Shown here: positions 60,843 to 64,000 of the stretch, piece after piece
How positions within the stretch are numbered: the first letter of the stretch is position 1
How the letters are laid out: each line of letters opens with the position of its first letter
NCBI GenBank assembly: GCA_963845565.1
Contig: CAWJSJ010000002.1
Location: 2,208,001 to 2,272,000, forward strand
From: an uncultured Methylomirabilota bacterium
GTDB lineage: Bacteria > Methylomirabilota > Methylomirabilia > Methylomirabilales > 2-02-FULL-66-22
Length of the DNA stretch: 64,000 nucleotides
Reading direction: 5' to 3'
Translations under genes and position numbers: made by a program
Notes under the pieces: generated by a model
The model's database searches: none
Told to the model about the DNA's origin: nothing
What the model saw: the letters and a program-made list of their open reading frames with translations, nothing else

Positions 60843-61655
60843 GTGGAGGTTGACCCCAAGAAGTGTGTCGCCTGCGCCAACTGTGTCCCCGTCTGCCCGA
60901 TGGGGGCCATCTACATCGATCCGGCCGTCAATCGGGCCACGGTGAACCTCGATGAGTGCGTCGAGTGTTTCACCTGTCACCGCGGAATGAGCAAAGAGCA
61001 CATGAACCCCGCCCTGGTGCGAGCCGTTCGTCGGATCGCGAAATGGTTCAGGTTCCGGTTCGAGCCCGAGCCGGACGTCTGCCCCACCGATGCCTTGACC
61101 CCCCAGGAACTGGCATGGCCGCGCGTCGTCCGGCGAGCCTTCAGCGACCCCTTGGTGCCCCACGAATCCACGGGGATTCACGGGCGCGGCACGGAAGAGG
61201 TCAAGACCAACGACGTCACGGGCCGGGTCAAGGAGGGTGAGGCCGGGTTCACCATCGAGTTCGGTCGGCCCGGGGTGGGGGTGCGCTTCCGCGACGTGCA
61301 GAAAATGACCACGGCGCTCGTCGGACTGCCGGTGGAGTTCGAGGACAAGAATCCGGTCTCCTCGCTGATGACCGATCGCGCCACCGGCGCCCTGCGGGCG
61401 GACGTCCTCGACGAGAAGGTCATGTCCGCCATCCTGGAACTGAAGACCCGGTTGGAGCACGTGCCCGCCGTGCTGGAGCGGGTCGAGGCGGTTGCGCAGG
61501 GGCTCCGGACCATCGTCAGCATCGGCGTCTCCACGCGCTGCGACGCAGCGGGGGACGACCGCCTTGCGCCGGTGCTCGTGCGCGAAGGATACGTGTTCTT
61601 CCGGGGGAAGACCAACCTGGGCCTGGGCCGTCGGCCGACGCCCGCCAACGCCTGA
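60843..61655 (+). CDS. 2x[4Fe-4S] ferredoxin-domain protein with uncharacterised C-terminal domain
   Basis: AAGGAG RBS and GTG; CVACANCVPVCP and CVECFTC...CP; GRGTEEVKTNDVTGR, EFGRPG, KTNLGLGR. Confidence 0.85.
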   Translation: MEVDPKKCVACANCVPVCPMGAIYIDPAVNRATVNLDECVECFTCHRGMSKEHMNPALVRAVRRIAKWFRFRFEPEPDVCPTDALTPQELAWPRVVRRAFSDPLVPHESTGIHGRGTEEVKTNDVTGRVKEGEAGFTIEFGRPGVGVRFRDVQKMTTALVGLPVEFEDKNPVSSLMTDRATGALRADVLDEKVMSAILELKTRLEHVPAVLERVEAVAQGLRTIVSIGVSTRCDAAGDDRLAPVLVREGYVFFRGKTNLGLGRRPTPANA

Positions 61656-61701
61656 AACCGACCCGCCCGCCGGGTCGTCGATCATCGAGGAGAATGCCGG
61701 C

Positions 61702-62376
61702 ATGACGAATACCTTGCACCGCTTCGGCGCACCCGAGACCCAGCGCGACGACTACATCGTCTTCGCCATGGCGTCCAAGGGGATCAACGACGCGGGGTCC
61801 GCCGAGAAGCTACGCACCTTTCTGGCGCTGGCCGTGAAGCACGGGCCGGTCAACGTGGGGCATGCCATCAAGGGCGGCATGTACCGGCCGTCGGAGAGCC
61901 TGACACCCCTGGCACACTGGTCGCGGCCGGCCGACGGGGACCCCGAGGCCGTGGTGCGCAGCATCGAGGAGCCCTCGACGGTCGCCGCGGTCTTCGACGA
62001 CGTCGCCAAAGTGGAAGCGCTCTTGAAGGATCTGAAGGCCGCCGATCTGGGGGTCTCCGTCAACATCGCCAGTCTGGCGGCCGAGGCGAACGCCTGCTGC
62101 CAGCGGGCAGGCATCACCCGACACAGCATCGAATACTCCCTGGGTTTCCACGGCGACCTGAACCAGTTGCCGGACCGGCATGTCTTGGAGTTGTCCACCA
62201 TGTGCGGCCACGGCATGGTCTCGCACAATTTCGCCCGGAAGATGATCGACCTGGTGCGGGAGAACCGCCGCACGCCGCAACAGGCCGCCGCGACGATGGC
62301 TCGTTTCTGCACCTGCGGCATCTTCAACCTCACCCGCGCCATCCGTGTCCTGGAGCAGGCGCGCAAGGGGGAGTGA
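61702..62376 (+). CDS. Conserved-looking hypothetical protein with MCGHG and CxCGxFN motifs
   Basis: GAGGAG RBS; MTNTLHR..., TMCGHGMV, FCTCGIFNLTRA. Confidence 0.8.
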   Translation: MTNTLHRFGAPETQRDDYIVFAMASKGINDAGSAEKLRTFLALAVKHGPVNVGHAIKGGMYRPSESLTPLAHWSRPADGDPEAVVRSIEEPSTVAAVFDDVAKVEALLKDLKAADLGVSVNIASLAAEANACCQRAGITRHSIEYSLGFHGDLNQLPDRHVLELSTMCGHGMVSHNFARKMIDLVRENRRTPQQAAATMARFCTCGIFNLTRAIRVLEQARKGE

Positions 62377-62478
62377 CGACGCAGATTCGACTCGCTGTCG
62401 GAGATCGCTGTCGATCTTCGGGGTTATCCGAATGGGCACCGGTCAGGGAACGCTTTGGGCTGTCATGAGGAGGCAACT

Positions 62479-63393
62479 GTGAACGATGCACTCCAGAGCT
62501 ACCTGCAGGTCGGCATCGTGCACTTCATGGCGTATCCGGAGTGCATGAAAGGCGAGGGGCCGATCTATGATACGCTGACCAAGATCGTGGAGGACGACTT
62601 CTTTTCGGCGGTCGAGATCACCTGGATCAAGGACCCGGCGGAGCGGCAGCGGGTGAAGTCGCTACTGGCGACCAGCCATATGACCGTGGGGTACGGCGCC
62701 CAGCCGTGCCTGCTCAGCCAGAAGCTCAATCTCAATCATTTCGATCCCATCGAGCGGCAGAAGGCCGTGGATCAGGTCAAGGCCTGCATCAACGAGGCGG
62801 CGGAGGTCGGGGCGGGTGCCGTGGCGGTCCTGAGCGGCGCGGACCCCGGCGTGCGGCGCGAGGAAGCCTTCAAGCTGTTGGTGGCCTCGGTGAGCGAACT
62901 CTGCGGCCATGCCAAGGCCCAGGGGGTGCGGTTCATTCTGGAGAGCTTCGATTCCAAGTACGACAAAAAATGTCTGATCGGCCCCGCCAAGGACGCCTTG
63001 GCCCTGTGCAAGGCCGTCCGCAAGGCATACCCCGATTTTGGTATCATGATCGACCTGAGCCACCTCCCGATCCAGGACGAGACGCCGAAGAAAGTCTTTG
63101 AGACCCTGAAGCGGGACAATTTGGCGCACATCCACATTGGGAACAGCGTGAAGCAGTCCGGGCACCCGGCCTACGGCGACCAGCACCCCCGCTTCGGACT
63201 GCCGGGTGGCGAGAACGACGTGCCGCAGGTGGTCGAGTTCCTGCGCGAGTTGTTCGCGATCGGCTACCTGGCCGAGGGGCGGCGCCCGGTGGTGGCCTTT
63301 GAGGTCAAGCCCATGCCCGGCGAATCCTCCGGGGCCGTCATTGCCAACGCCAAGCGGACGCTGATCGCGGCGTGGGGGCGGCTGTCGGTCTAA
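62479..63393 (+). CDS. Sugar phosphate isomerase/epimerase (xylose isomerase-like TIM barrel)
   Basis: GAGGAGG RBS and GTG; metal ligands LE, DLSH, HIHIG, DQHP, FE. Confidence 0.85.
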   Translation: MNDALQSYLQVGIVHFMAYPECMKGEGPIYDTLTKIVEDDFFSAVEITWIKDPAERQRVKSLLATSHMTVGYGAQPCLLSQKLNLNHFDPIERQKAVDQVKACINEAAEVGAGAVAVLSGADPGVRREEAFKLLVASVSELCGHAKAQGVRFILESFDSKYDKKCLIGPAKDALALCKAVRKAYPDFGIMIDLSHLPIQDETPKKVFETLKRDNLAHIHIGNSVKQSGHPAYGDQHPRFGLPGGENDVPQVVEFLRELFAIGYLAEGRRPVVAFEVKPMPGESSGAVIANAKRTLIAAWGRLSV

Positions 63394-63727
63394 CGTCGTT
63401 CGGGACGCGGTTCGGCGGTTCTCCCGATGGCCCCCGTTGTCGTCCTCACTGTCGCTCAGAGATCAAGAGCGCTCCCTGCCGGTTGCGTGGCTGTCGTGTG
63501 GCTTGCCACTCCTTTTCCTGACTGCTATCCTTCCATCGTGGCTGTGCGCGTTGGGATTGGTGGTTCTGTCGCCGCGCGGTGATGCCGAATGTGCGCACCA
63601 CGACGCAGCCTTTCGCGCGGGATGGCGGGGCCTCTCTCGGCGGGAGTCGTTGGACTGCCCGACGGCGCGGCTGGCCGGGCGGTGTGCAGGTCAGCAGCAT
63701 TCTTCCTCACCAGTGGAGGCGCGGACG

Positions 63728-64000
63728 ATGCCGACCCAGAAACCGCGACCGACTCGAGGGTCACGCCGCCGCGGTCCCGTCCGGGAACCCTATCAATTAC
63801 TATTCGAGGCCAACCCACATCCGATGTGGGTCTACGATCTGGAAACGCTCGCCTTCCTCGCGGTCAACGACACCGCCGTCCGACGGTACGGCTACTCCCG
63901 GGAGGAGTTTCTGGGGATGACCATCAAGGACATCCGCCCGCCCGAGGATGTTCCGGCGTTGCTGGAGAACGTCGCACGAGTGGGCGAGGGGCTCGACGAA
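63728..64000 (+). CDS. PAS domain S-box protein, 5' part (runs off the window; absent from the ORF track)
   Basis: GGAGG RBS; YQLLFEANPHPMWVYDLETLAFLAVNDTAVRRYGYSREEFLGMTIKDIRPPED. Confidence 0.88.
   Translation, partial: MPTQKPRPTRGSRRRGPVREPYQLLFEANPHPMWVYDLETLAFLAVNDTAVRRYGYSREEFLGMTIKDIRPPEDVPALLENVARVGEGLDE

Overview
64-kb window of a high-GC, diderm (LPS/Kdo/TonB-encoding) bacterial chromosome. The gene set and intergenic repeat style are compatible with NC10/Rokubacteria (Methylomirabilota) or a deltaproteobacterium-like lineage; this is inference only. It is mostly core and transport genes, nearly all on the + strand: peptide ABC permeases with D-aminoacylase, M81/MlrC peptidase and RidA; purN; a divergent UxaE-like epimerase; NDP-sugar epimerase; 2Fe-2S ferredoxin; TrpB2; NYN protein; an AfuABC-type ABC transporter; PGM/PMM and split manC; hldE kinase, kdsB, pyrG, ptsI; a Liv-type ABC operon; metK, ahcY; lptFG, comEC; xseAB-ispA-dxs-tlyA-nadK-recN; a sigma54-driven low-complexity secreted protein; a B12 uptake operon with two cobalamin riboswitches; stand-alone RlmK; HDAC; mqnD; an uncharacterised Fe-S gene pair with a TIM-barrel epimerase; and a partial PAS protein. 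I found no tRNA, rRNA, CRISPR array or transposase. The most unusual signals are: (i) a family of gene-end hairpins built from degenerate 7-, 8- or 9-mer tandem repeats, one copy sitting inside a cobalamin riboswitch; (ii) two families of MITE-like palindromic elements that overlap stop codons, one of which supplies the RBS/ATG of livH; (iii) an uncharacterised two-gene Fe-S module; (iv) three single-base frameshifts in the first 4.5 kb, probably assembly errors, one creating a false 892-aa fusion ORF.
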